DNA of 64,000 bases from Bacilli bacterium. GTDB lineage: Bacteria > Bacillota_I > Bacilli_A > RF39 > UBA660. The notes under the pieces were generated by a model. That model worked only from the letters and a program-made list of their open reading frames with translations. It was not told the DNA's origin and searched no databases. Positions within the stretch are counted from its first letter, which is position 1; every line of letters starts with the position of its first letter. The stretch is taken from positions 1,930 through 65,929 of the forward strand of contig JAFXYF010000014.1 of the NCBI GenBank assembly GCA_017541885.1, given 5' to 3'. Positions 50,470 through 60,350 of this stretch are shown in pieces. The translations under genes were made by a program, and so were the position numbers.

Positions 50470-53073
50470 ATGAAATTCACTAGAAGAAAGCGTAGATTTG
50501 ATACTAAAAAATATAGAATCTTTGCCATTCTAGTTTTTGTGTTGTGTTTAACAGTAGGTTATTCTATTCTTAGTGTTGGTTTAGGAATTTCTGGAGCAAT
50601 AAATATTTCAAGAATAAAGGATCCTATTATTAGAAAAACATCAGAATCTGATACAACAGCTTTTAGAGGAAGTAACTATAAAAGTAGAATAAAAGCAATT
50701 TATTTGGATAATGAAATTAATCCGCCAGACAATGTAGTTGCTTCTTGGGATATAAGTGAGGCGGGTAATGGAAGAGTAATGGCATATTTAAAGTTCCAAG
50801 AAGATAACTGGTGTTATGATCTTTTCATACAAGGAGATGGACATTTATATGCCAATGAGGATAGTAGCTATCTTTTTAGTGGTTTTGGAAACGTAAATGT
50901 TTTAGAAGGTTTAGATAAACTAGATACTTCTAGAGTCACAAATATGTCTCATATGTTTTATATTATAGGTAGTTCTTCGTTCATACTTAATCTAAGTGAT
51001 AATTTTGATACAAGTAATGTTACAGATATGTCTTGGATGTTCTTCCGCGTTGGTTCTAGTAATAGAAATTTAATAATAAATTTAGGAAATAAATTTGATA
51101 CAAGTAATGTTACAGATATGAGTTATATGTTTTATAATATAGGTTACACAGCTACAGATTTTAATTTAGATTTAGGAAATAAGTTTGATACAAGTAGTGT
51201 AACAAATATGTCTCACATGTTTGAACAAATAGGATATGAAAGTTCAACAATTACCATAGACTTTGGGGATAAATTTGATACAAGTAATGTTACAACTATG
51301 GAGAATATGTTTTATAGAGCAGGATATAAAGCAAGTACTTCATTTAACCTAAATTTAGGTGATAATTTTGATACTAAAAGTGTTACAACTATGAGGCAAA
51401 TGTTTTATCAAGCAGGCTGTTTGTGCCCTGGATTCACATTAGATTTGGGTAATAGCTTTGATACATCAAATGTAACAGATATGTATAGGATGTTTTATTC
51501 TACAGGAAATAAAAGTACAGTAATGACATTAGATTTAGGAGATAAATTTGATACAAGTAATGTAACAAATATGACTGAGATGTTTGCCTATACAGGATAT
51601 TACAGTCAAGTTTTTACCATAGACTTAGGAAATAAATTTGATACAAGCAAAGTAACAAATATGACTAGAATTTTTCATAGGACAGCAGTTGAAAGTAGAG
51701 TTATAACACTTGATCTTGGAAATAAATTTGATACCAGTAAAATAACTAATATGTCAGATATGTTTAATGGAGTTGGCCATAATAGTACTGGATTCACTCT
51801 AAACTTAGGCCCTATGTTTGATACAAGTAATGTAACAAATATGTCAAGAATGTTCTACGAAACTGGATATGAATCAACAGGTTTTACATTAAATCTTGGA
51901 AACAAATTTGATACCAGCAACGTAACAGATACTAGAGAAATGTTTGCATTTACAGGATATAACAGTAATGTTATGACATTAGATTTAGGCGATAAATTTG
52001 ATACAAGCAATGTTACTGATATGAGTAATATGTTTTATAGTACAGCGTTCAATTCCCCAGTATTTACTTTGGATTTAGGTCCAAATTTTGATACAAGCAG
52101 TGTAGTAAATATGTCCGCTACGTTTTGTGACATAGGATTTAACAGTTCTATTTTAACACTAGATTTAGGTGATAAATTTGATACAAGTAATGTAACAAAT
52201 ATGGCTGCACTATTTACTTCAGTTGGTTATTCAAATACCTCATTCACTTTAGATTTAGGTGATAAATTTAATACAAGTAATGTTGAAGATATGTCAAGTA
52301 TGTTTTGTAGAACAGCAAATGTTAGTACAGTTTTTACAATTGATTTTGGAGATAAATTTAATACTAGTAACGTAACAAATATGTCCAATATGTTTTATGG
52401 AATTAATGCAGAGAATACACAACCATTTTCTTTAGATCTTTCATGCTTTGACACATCTAACGTTTATGATATGAGCATGATGTTTAAAGAAGCCGCAAAA
52501 AATAGTCAATTATTCACTTTAAATTTAGGACCAAATTTTGATACCAGCAATGTAACAACAATGGAAGAAATGTTTCGTGATGTAGGGTATAATAGTATGA
52601 TATTTACATTAGATTTGGGGAATAAATTTAATACTGAAAATGTATATGATATGTCCAGTATGTTCAGCTATGTTGGATATAATAGTACGTCATTAACATT
52701 AAATTTGGGGCCTAATTTTGACACAAGTAATGTTAATAGTATGGGAAGTATGTTTAATGACACAGGGTACTCTGATCAAACATTTACGTTAGACTTAGGA
52801 AACAAGTTTAATACTGCCAATACAGAGTACATGAGTTCTATGTTTGATAACACAGGACATAGTAATACATCTTTCGAAATAGATCTATCTACGTTTGATT
52901 TTAGTAATGTGTCAGGAACACCAGCTGGAATGTTTAGTGGATGGGCTACAACTCAAAAGATCTATGTAAAAGATGCTAATGATCAAAATTGGATATTGAC
53001 TAATGTAGGATATTTAGCTACTGAATATCCAAATACAAACTTAACAACAGCCAATGTCATAATAAAAACATAA
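50470..53073 (+). CDS. BspA-family/DUF285-type leucine-rich repeat surface protein, paralog 1
   Basis: N-terminal basic signal-anchor (RRKRRFDTKKYRIFAILVFVLCLTVGYSIL), then about 23 tandem 30-aa modules with core LDLG.KFDTSNVTNMS.MF. AGGAG RBS before the ATG at 50470. Confidence 0.8.
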   Translation: MKFTRRKRRFDTKKYRIFAILVFVLCLTVGYSILSVGLGISGAINISRIKDPIIRKTSESDTTAFRGSNYKSRIKAIYLDNEINPPDNVVASWDISEAGNGRVMAYLKFQEDNWCYDLFIQGDGHLYANEDSSYLFSGFGNVNVLEGLDKLDTSRVTNMSHMFYIIGSSSFILNLSDNFDTSNVTDMSWMFFRVGSSNRNLIINLGNKFDTSNVTDMSYMFYNIGYTATDFNLDLGNKFDTSSVTNMSHMFEQIGYESSTITIDFGDKFDTSNVTTMENMFYRAGYKASTSFNLNLGDNFDTKSVTTMRQMFYQAGCLCPGFTLDLGNSFDTSNVTDMYRMFYSTGNKSTVMTLDLGDKFDTSNVTNMTEMFAYTGYYSQVFTIDLGNKFDTSKVTNMTRIFHRTAVESRVITLDLGNKFDTSKITNMSDMFNGVGHNSTGFTLNLGPMFDTSNVTNMSRMFYETGYESTGFTLNLGNKFDTSNVTDTREMFAFTGYNSNVMTLDLGDKFDTSNVTDMSNMFYSTAFNSPVFTLDLGPNFDTSSVVNMSATFCDIGFNSSILTLDLGDKFDTSNVTNMAALFTSVGYSNTSFTLDLGDKFNTSNVEDMSSMFCRTANVSTVFTIDFGDKFNTSNVTNMSNMFYGINAENTQPFSLDLSCFDTSNVYDMSMMFKEAAKNSQLFTLNLGPNFDTSNVTTMEEMFRDVGYNSMIFTLDLGNKFNTENVYDMSSMFSYVGYNSTSLTLNLGPNFDTSNVNSMGSMFNDTGYSDQTFTLDLGNKFNTANTEYMSSMFDNTGHSNTSFEIDLSTFDFSNVSGTPAGMFSGWATTQKIYVKDANDQNWILTNVGYLATEYPNTNLTTANVIIKT
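50914..52940 (+). repeat. Tandem in-frame repeat array of about 90 bp (about 23 units) encoding DUF285-type modules
   Basis: Recurrent AAATTTGATACAAGTAATGTAACAAATATG cores with a 90-93 bp period (e.g. 51091, 51181, 51271). Confidence 0.85.
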
Positions 53074-53096
53074 AAGAACCAATTGGTTCTTTTTTG
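53073..53096 (+). terminator. Intrinsic terminator (identical copy after the paralog)
   Basis: Palindrome AGAACCAATTGGTTCT followed by a T-run. The same sequence recurs at 55384-55399. Confidence 0.8.
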
Positions 53097-53186
53097 TGTT
53101 TATTATTGTAAAGTAAATGCATTATATACTCTCATTTATTGAGGTATAATGCTAAGAATAGTATAATTAAACTAGGAGTACTATAT

Positions 53187-55382
53187 ATGAAAATAACTAG
53201 AAGAAAGCGTAGATTTGATAATAGAAAATATAGAATCTTTGCAATTCTAGTTTTTGTGTTGTGTCTAACTGTTGGATATTCTTTATTAAATACAAATTTA
53301 GGTATAACTGGAAACTTAGTAGTAAAAAAGTATAGAGAGCCAATTATAAGGAGAACATCTGTAAGTGATCCAACTGCTTTTAGAAGCAGTGAATACAAGC
53401 AAAAAATAAAAACAATCACATTAGATGATGAAATAAACCCACCAAACAATGTAGTTGCCAGTTGGGATATTGGTGTTGCAGGTAATGGAAATGTAATGGC
53501 CTATATTACAACAAATCAAGATGACAACACAATGTATGATTTATATATACAGGGTGATGGACATTTATATGCCCATGAAGATAGCAAACATTTATTTTAT
53601 GGCTTTGAATATGTTGATCAATTAAATGGAATAGACATTCTTGATGTATCTAGAGTAACAAATATGGAAGGAATGTTTATGTCTTTAGGAAAGAACAGTC
53701 AGGTCTTTACATTAGATTTAGGGAATAAATTTGATACAAGTAACGTCACAAATATGAATTCTATGTTTAAAAATTTAGGAATGAATTGTCCTATGTTTAC
53801 CCTAAACATTGGCAACAACTTTGATACAAGCAATGTAACTGATATGTATAATATGTTTGCATATACGGGAAATAAAAGTACAATCTTTACATTAAATTTA
53901 GGTTCTAAATTTGATACAAGTAATGTTACAAGTATGGAGCTGATGTTTGGATATACGGGGCAAGAAAGCACAGCTTTTACACTAGATTTAGGAGACAAGT
54001 TTGATACGAGTAATGTAACAACCATGCAATCAATGTTTTATAATACTGGTTATTCTAACATTAATTTTACTTTGAATTTAGGAACAAGATTTGACACTAG
54101 TAAAGTAACTAATATGGGTGTTATGTTTTATCAAACGGGTTACAAAAGTACAGTCTTTACCTTAGATTTAGGTTCTAAATTTGATACAAGTAATGTTACT
54201 AAAATGGGAGCTATGTTTCAATACACTGGATATAGCAGTCCTGTATTTACAATTAATCTAGGCTCAAAATTTGATACAAGCAGTGTTACTAATATGCAGT
54301 CAATGTTTACATCAACAGGTTATACAAGCACAGTATTCACACTAAATTTAGGTGACAAATTTGATACAAGCAATGTTACAAATATGAGTTGGATGTTTTG
54401 TCGCACTGGTCATAATAGTCAAATATTTACACTGGATTTAGGTTCTAAATTTGATACAAGTAATGTAACAAATATGAGTTATATGTTCTCATCTACAGGA
54501 TATAGCAGCACATTGTTCACACTAGATTTAGGCTCAAAATTTGATACAAGTAACGTTACTGATATGAGCTATATGTTTTCTGGAGTTGGTTATAATAGCA
54601 CAACATTTCAATTGAATTTGGGTTCCAAATTTGATACGGGTAATGTGAAAAATATGAGTTATTTATTCAAAGATGCTGGTTATAGTAGCCAAATGTTCAC
54701 ATTAGACCTAGGAGATAAATTTGAAACTATCAAAGTAACTAATATGCAATCATTGTTTTCATCTACAGGCTATAATAGTACAGTTTTCACGCTAGATTTA
54801 AGAGACAAATTTGACACAAGTAACGTTACTATGATGAATGGGATGTTTTCAAATACAGGTAATACCAGTACAGTGTTTGAATTAGATTTAGGCGATAAAT
54901 TTGATACGAGCAATGTTACAGAAATGTCACATATGTTTTCGTCTACAGGTTATAATAGTGTAGTATTTACATTAGATCTAGGTGACAAATTTGATACAAG
55001 TAAAGTAACTACAATGTATTGTATGTTTAAAGATTGTGGAAAGAGCAATTCCACCTTTACTATTGATTTAGGATCAAAATTTGATACAAGCAATGTTACA
55101 AATATGACATGGATGCTTGCAGGAATAGGCTTTGCTAATGATAACTTAGAGTTAGACTTATCATCATTTGATTTTTCAAACGTAACTAATTATGGACACA
55201 TGTTAGGATATAAACATGGTAATTCTTCTAGTGGCAATTATCTAAAAACAACTCAGAAAGTATATGTAAAAGATAGCAATGATGTTGATTGGATAGTAAC
55301 ACATGTTGGAAATGAGAATCCTGATCCTGATGCAGCTGTCAACACAAATGTAACAAGAGCAAATGTCTTAATAAAAACATAA
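53187..55382 (+). CDS. BspA-family/DUF285-type leucine-rich repeat surface protein, paralog 2
   Basis: The N-terminus is nearly identical to paralog 1 (MKITRRKRRFDNRKYRIFAILVFVLCLTVGYSLL). About 18 modules LDLG.KFDTSNVTNMS.MF. AGGAG RBS before the ATG at 53187. Confidence 0.8.
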   Translation: MKITRRKRRFDNRKYRIFAILVFVLCLTVGYSLLNTNLGITGNLVVKKYREPIIRRTSVSDPTAFRSSEYKQKIKTITLDDEINPPNNVVASWDIGVAGNGNVMAYITTNQDDNTMYDLYIQGDGHLYAHEDSKHLFYGFEYVDQLNGIDILDVSRVTNMEGMFMSLGKNSQVFTLDLGNKFDTSNVTNMNSMFKNLGMNCPMFTLNIGNNFDTSNVTDMYNMFAYTGNKSTIFTLNLGSKFDTSNVTSMELMFGYTGQESTAFTLDLGDKFDTSNVTTMQSMFYNTGYSNINFTLNLGTRFDTSKVTNMGVMFYQTGYKSTVFTLDLGSKFDTSNVTKMGAMFQYTGYSSPVFTINLGSKFDTSSVTNMQSMFTSTGYTSTVFTLNLGDKFDTSNVTNMSWMFCRTGHNSQIFTLDLGSKFDTSNVTNMSYMFSSTGYSSTLFTLDLGSKFDTSNVTDMSYMFSGVGYNSTTFQLNLGSKFDTGNVKNMSYLFKDAGYSSQMFTLDLGDKFETIKVTNMQSLFSSTGYNSTVFTLDLRDKFDTSNVTMMNGMFSNTGNTSTVFELDLGDKFDTSNVTEMSHMFSSTGYNSVVFTLDLGDKFDTSKVTTMYCMFKDCGKSNSTFTIDLGSKFDTSNVTNMTWMLAGIGFANDNLELDLSSFDFSNVTNYGHMLGYKHGNSSSGNYLKTTQKVYVKDSNDVDWIVTHVGNENPDPDAAVNTNVTRANVLIKT
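53640..55205 (+). repeat. Tandem in-frame repeat array of about 90 bp (about 18 units) encoding DUF285-type modules
   Basis: Same repeat core as the first array. Confidence 0.85.
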
Positions 55383-55407
55383 AAGAACCAATTGGTTCTT
55401 TTTTTAT
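55382..55407 (+). terminator. Intrinsic terminator
   Basis: Palindrome AGAACCAATTGGTTCT followed by T7. Confidence 0.8.
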
Positions 55408-55462
55408 TTATTGTTTGTGAAATAAATGATTATAGTATATAATATTAGATAGGGTGAAGAGT

Positions 55463-58417
55463 ATGTACTTAAAAGGAATAGTTACAAGTGGATTTAAATC
55501 CTTCGCAGATAAAATTGAATTAAATTTAGATGGTAGAATTACTTGTATTGTTGGACCAAATGGTTCAGGTAAAAGTAATATTGTAGATGCCGTTCGTTGG
55601 GTACTTGGAGAACAATCCGTTAAGTCTCTTCGTGGTGATGGCTCAATGACAGATGTCATCTTCTCTGGATCAAAATCTAGAAACCCTCTAAATGTAGCTT
55701 CAGTAGAATTAATATTTGATAATACTGATCATTATTTAAATGTTCCATATACTGAAATATCTATTAAAAGAAGAGTGTATCGTAGTGGAGAAAATGAATA
55801 TTACTTAAATAATGAAAGATGTAGATTAAAAGATATTAGTAATCTATTATTAGATACTGGTATGGGTAAAGAATCATTCAATATTATTTCTCAAGGTGAA
55901 GTAGATAAAATTCTTTCTAATTCTGCCCAAGATAGAAGAGTTATATTTGAAGAAGCTTCAGGAATTTTAAAATATAAAAAGAGAAAAGAAGAAGCTTTAA
56001 GAAAACTAGATAGAACTCATAATAACTTAGATAGAGTTAACGATATTATTGTAGAATTAGAAAATCAAGTAGAACCATTAAGAATTCAAAGTGAGAAAGC
56101 TAAAGAGTATTTAGAAAATAAAGAAGGTTTAGATAAATATGAAGTGGCAATACTTGCTTATGATATTGAAAATATAAATAATGAAGTAGAAAACTCTAAA
56201 AAGAGAAAAGAAAAAGTAGATAATGAAATAATGACTATTTCTAATGAGTCTAGTAAGACAGATGCTAATTACTTAGATGATAATAATACTTTAGAAAAAT
56301 TAGAAACTGAAAAAGCTAATTATAATAGAGAATTATTAAAAGTAATAGAAGAGAGAACTAGAATCGATGGAGAAAAATCTTTATTAGAAGAAAAGAGTAA
56401 GACAACAAAAGAGGAAGAAGAAGTTAAAGAAGAAATACGTAGAGTATTAGATAAAAAAGAAAAGATGAATTCTACTCTTAGTATTTTAAATGTTGATATA
56501 GAAGAAATAGAAAAAGAAAAGAGTAGAATAGAAGAAGAATTATCTACTGTTGAAAAAGACTTACAAACATTAAAAACTAAAAAGAATTTATTAGTTAATG
56601 ATTATTCTAGACATAATCAAGAACTTATTTCTACAAGACATAAAATAGAAAATTTGAAGATGGAAATAGAACAAGGTACTGATATGCCTAATAGTGTTAG
56701 AAGAGTATTAAAGAATTCTTCTTTAACAGGGATTTATAATACTATTGGCAATGTAGTAGATTGTGATTCTGAATATGCAAAAGCTTTAAATACTGCAATT
56801 TCAGCTTGTAAGAACTTTGTTATTACAAAAGATGAAGATTCAGCTAAACGAGCAATTAATTATTTAAAAGATGAGAAATTAGGTCGTGCAACATTCTTCC
56901 CATTGTCAGTAATTAAAGAGCGTTATGTAGATAATGAATCAATTAATATCTTAAAAAATAGTGTTGATTACTTAGGAGTAATGTCAGACTTAATTACATA
57001 TAATAGAGAATATGATAATGTAATTAAGAATCAATTAGGAAATGTAGTAGTAACTACAAATATGGATAGCGCAACACGCCTATCTCATATGATTAAAGCA
57101 AAATATAAAATTGTAACTCTTGAAGGAGACGTAGTAAATGTAGGAGGATCTCTTACAGGAGGATCTGCTAATATTACAAAGAGTGCGGTTATATTAAATC
57201 AAGAATTAAAACACTTAGAAGAAACAGAATCTCTATTAAAGAAAGAAGAAGATGAGATAGAACAAGAACTTCAAGATAATAGTACTGAATCAACTGAAAT
57301 AGAAGAAAAATTATTTACTTTATCTAAAGAAAGAGTAAATATTAAAGAAAGATTAGATAGTAAAAAACAAGAAAAAGAAGAACTTGTTGAAAGTCTAAAT
57401 AAAGTACAAAAAGAAGAAGAGTCCTTAGACTCTATCAAGAATAATTCTATTAGTGAGAAAGAACAAGAACTAATTAGAATGTATCATGAAAAAACTGCAC
57501 TAAAAGAAGAGATTGAGATTCATATTAAATCATTATCTAAAGAAATAGATAGATTAAAATCTAAGATTGAAGAGTCTCAAGCAAATGATAAATTACAAAG
57601 AGAAAGATTACGTAATTTAGAAAAAGAATCTCGTGAATTAGAAATAAGTATTAATCGTTCTGATGTAAAACTTGATAATATGTTAAATATATTATCAGAA
57701 GATTATGAATTAACATATGAAAGAGCTAAAGCAGAATATGTACTTGATATTGAACCTGAAGAAGCTCGTAAGAAAGTTAATGTTTATCGTGCTAATATTA
57801 AACGAATTGGTATGGTTAATTTAGATGCAATAGAAGAATATGAAAGAGTAAATACTCGTTATGAATTCTTAACTAAGCAAAGAGAAGATTTATTAAATGC
57901 AGAAACTACTTTACTTGATATCATGAATGAAATGGATGATGTCATGAAAGAAGAATTTGCAAATACTTTTGAACAAATTAGAGTAGAGTTCCAAAAAGTG
58001 TTTAAAGAATTATTTAGTGGTGGTCATGCCGACTTAAAACTAACTAATCCAGAAGACATTTTAAATACTGGTGTAGATATAGTTGCATCTCCTCCAGGCA
58101 AGAAGTTAACAACAATAACACTTTTATCAGGTGGAGAAAAAACTTTAACCGCAATAAGTTTATTATTTGCCATACTAAATGTAAGAACTGTTCCATTCTG
58201 CTTATTCGATGAAGTAGAAGCTGCTCTAGATGAAGCAAATGTTCAACACTTTGGTAAATATCTAGATCACTATAAAGATAAAACACAATTCTTAATAATT
58301 ACACATAAGAAGAAAACAATGGAATATGCAAATACACTTTATGGTATTACAATGCAAGAGTCAGGTGTATCAAAGATAGTTAGTGTTAAACTAGAAGATG
58401 CTCACGAAGTAATATAA
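55463..58417 (+). CDS. smc: Chromosome segregation protein SMC
   Basis: Walker A GPNGSGKSN, long coiled coils with a central hinge, signature LSGGEKTLTAISLLFA, Walker B FCLFDEVEAALD. The probable start is the ATG at 55463. Confidence 0.93.
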   Translation: MYLKGIVTSGFKSFADKIELNLDGRITCIVGPNGSGKSNIVDAVRWVLGEQSVKSLRGDGSMTDVIFSGSKSRNPLNVASVELIFDNTDHYLNVPYTEISIKRRVYRSGENEYYLNNERCRLKDISNLLLDTGMGKESFNIISQGEVDKILSNSAQDRRVIFEEASGILKYKKRKEEALRKLDRTHNNLDRVNDIIVELENQVEPLRIQSEKAKEYLENKEGLDKYEVAILAYDIENINNEVENSKKRKEKVDNEIMTISNESSKTDANYLDDNNTLEKLETEKANYNRELLKVIEERTRIDGEKSLLEEKSKTTKEEEEVKEEIRRVLDKKEKMNSTLSILNVDIEEIEKEKSRIEEELSTVEKDLQTLKTKKNLLVNDYSRHNQELISTRHKIENLKMEIEQGTDMPNSVRRVLKNSSLTGIYNTIGNVVDCDSEYAKALNTAISACKNFVITKDEDSAKRAINYLKDEKLGRATFFPLSVIKERYVDNESINILKNSVDYLGVMSDLITYNREYDNVIKNQLGNVVVTTNMDSATRLSHMIKAKYKIVTLEGDVVNVGGSLTGGSANITKSAVILNQELKHLEETESLLKKEEDEIEQELQDNSTESTEIEEKLFTLSKERVNIKERLDSKKQEKEELVESLNKVQKEEESLDSIKNNSISEKEQELIRMYHEKTALKEEIEIHIKSLSKEIDRLKSKIEESQANDKLQRERLRNLEKESRELEISINRSDVKLDNMLNILSEDYELTYERAKAEYVLDIEPEEARKKVNVYRANIKRIGMVNLDAIEEYERVNTRYEFLTKQREDLLNAETTLLDIMNEMDDVMKEEFANTFEQIRVEFQKVFKELFSGGHADLKLTNPEDILNTGVDIVASPPGKKLTTITLLSGGEKTLTAISLLFAILNVRTVPFCLFDEVEAALDEANVQHFGKYLDHYKDKTQFLIITHKKKTMEYANTLYGITMQESGVSKIVSVKLEDAHEVI

Positions 58418-58451
58418 AAAAAAGACTAGATGCCTCGCATCTGGTCTTTTC
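58415..58451. terminator. Bidirectional terminator between smc and def (overlaps the def 3' end)
   Basis: Stem AGACTAGATGC/GCATCTGGTCT flanked by A8 and a T-run. Confidence 0.6.
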
Positions 58452-58989
58452 CTTTGTACGGATTTTTTGGATCAATATGATCTACAAATAATATACCATT
58501 TAAATGATCTAATTCATGTTGGAAACAAATTGCTAAATCTTCTCTAGCTCTAACATGTATTTTTCTACCTTCCATGTCATATGCTTCCATTGTAACTCTA
58601 GCATATCTTGGAACAATACCTTCAACAGGTCTATTTACTGAAAGACATCCTTCTCCTTCATCAACATATATTTGTTCAACAGAGTTACTAATAATTCTAG
58701 GATTGATCATTACATAAGTTTCAAATTCTTTTTTCTCATCATCAGGACCAGTAAGTTCTGATACAACTACAAAGTATCTTTTTGGAACTCCAAGTTGTAT
58801 TGCAGACATTCCCCATCCAGGTCTTAAATTATATTCTTCTGAAATTTTAGGAATTTGACTATTTCTTAAATACTCAATCATAGTATTCATTGTTTCTTTA
58901 TCTTCTTTTGTAAGTGGAAAAGTAACTTCCTCACTAACAGTACGTAGTATAGGATCCTTTTCATCTAATATATCGCTAGTTAATAACAC
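58426..58989 (-). CDS. def: Peptide deformylase
   Basis: Motifs GMSAIQLG, EGCLS, HELDH. GAGGTGG lies 5 nt upstream of the GTG at 58989; the ORF track starts at 58998. Confidence 0.92.
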   Translation of the reverse strand: MLLTSDILDEKDPILRTVSEEVTFPLTKEDKETMNTMIEYLRNSQIPKISEEYNLRPGWGMSAIQLGVPKRYFVVVSELTGPDDEKKEFETYVMINPRIISNSVEQIYVDEGEGCLSVNRPVEGIVPRYARVTMEAYDMEGRKIHVRAREDLAICFQHELDHLNGILFVDHIDPKNPYKGKDQMRGI

Positions 58990-59053
58990 GCATACCACCT
59001 CAATACCAATATTTTATCAAATTATAAGTGTTTTGAAAAGTAAAAGAAATAAT

Positions 59054-60025
59054 CTATCTTCTTTTTTCAACATCTTTTACTCTTTCTCTGTATTCTTTTG
59101 AATACTTAACAAAATTATCTATTAGATTATTAAATTCATCTTCTGATGCATCTTCAGGTAAATGATATATCTTATCTAGTATTAATGATACTTGTTCAAA
59201 AGAACCTTCTCCTAATATTGAATCAAAATCATTTACTATTTGGTCAACATTACCAACTACAATATTATCTTCAATAGAATCTCGATAAGTAGGATGTCTC
59301 CAAAATTCTCTAACTAAGATACATATATCTTCATATCCATGATCTTCTAATAAATAAGAAGAATCTAATCCGTTTAAGAATTCTAATATTCTTTTATCAT
59401 TTGTAATATCTTTTAAGCTTAATATCTCTTTCATTACATCAGTAGTTTGAATACAGTTTATGGCCTCATCTAGTATTGCCGCAGACTGAGTAAATAATAG
59501 TTTTGTATAATCTTCTTGATAATTATAAACATAATGTGATAATCCATTTCTAATTACATAAATATCATTACCATCTTCTTTAGTATGATAGAATCCATTT
59601 ACTTCACCTTTAATTAAATGACCCATTTCATGACAAAAAGTATTAAGTAACATACTCATATTAGTATTACTAATACTACAAGCAAGAAATGGTCTTTCTT
59701 TTAAATAGTGAACTTTTCCTTCTTCATCAGTTATAAAAGAATGTCCTTGATTTGATACTCCATGAGTAGAACTTTTATTAGATCCATCATCATGAACAAA
59801 ATCTACTAAATCTTCTCCAAGATTATATTTTTTTAATATATCTTGTACATATCCTTTTTCAAAGATAATATCAGTCTTTCTAAATAAAGGAATAATAACA
59901 CTTTCATATCCTTCATATTTTGATAATAATCCATACAATGCAGATACCATAAAAGGATACATTGGATGTTTCTCATCAACTTTTTTAGAAACAGTTTGTA
60001 TAGCTAGATTATAATATTCGACCAT
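59054..60025 (-). CDS. Hypothetical HExxH zinc-metallopeptidase-like protein
   Basis: FCHEMGHLIKG motif. 323 aa with no signal peptide. Family not recognised. Confidence 0.45.
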   Translation of the reverse strand: MVEYYNLAIQTVSKKVDEKHPMYPFMVSALYGLLSKYEGYESVIIPLFRKTDIIFEKGYVQDILKKYNLGEDLVDFVHDDGSNKSSTHGVSNQGHSFITDEEGKVHYLKERPFLACSISNTNMSMLLNTFCHEMGHLIKGEVNGFYHTKEDGNDIYVIRNGLSHYVYNYQEDYTKLLFTQSAAILDEAINCIQTTDVMKEILSLKDITNDKRILEFLNGLDSSYLLEDHGYEDICILVREFWRHPTYRDSIEDNIVVGNVDQIVNDFDSILGEGSFEQVSLILDKIYHLPEDASEDEFNNLIDNFVKYSKEYRERVKDVEKRR

Positions 60026-60065
60026 AAAACCACCTGATGCATATTATATACTATTTTTATAAAAA

Positions 60066-60091
60066 TAAAAAGAACGAAATTCGTTCTTTTA
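60066..60091 (-). terminator. Intrinsic terminator after the YjcZ-like gene
   Basis: Stem AGAACGA/TCGTTCT with a T-run on the minus strand. Confidence 0.7.
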
Positions 60092-60232
60092 ATTATTAAC
60101 TCTACATCCTAATATAATAACAAGTAAAATAAATAATACTAAAACAATAGCATAATGATTATTAGAATTAGTAGGGTAATAATAGGAAGTTTGGCTTGGA
60201 CAACATCCTTGTCCATTTCCATAGTAATACAT
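60089..60232 (-). CDS. YjcZ-family-like small sporulation protein (47 aa)
   Basis: MYYYGNGQGCCPSQTSYYYPTNSNNHYAIVLVLFILLVIILGCRVNN. The C-terminal segment matches the YjcZ pattern (FALIVVLFILLIIVG). GGAGGAAG RBS. Not in the ORF track. Confidence 0.55.
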   Translation of the reverse strand: MYYYGNGQGCCPSQTSYYYPTNSNNHYAIVLVLFILLVIILGCRVNN

Positions 60233-60350
60233 ATTCTTCCTCCTTTACTAATATGCTATGCTACTTTACATTATCTGTGAGTAAAACGTACGTATTTCTT
60301 TGGGTCTAATTCAAAACTTATGATATATTTATTATAGAAGGGAGATTGTT

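Noticed and set aside
50914-55205. Regular 90-bp periodic repeats that might look like a CRISPR or other non-coding array
   Set aside because: The repeats are in-frame, degenerate at the nucleotide level, and conserved at the protein level (LDLG.KFDTSNVTNMS.MF). They lie inside two long ORFs. There is no repeat-spacer organisation and there are no cas genes.
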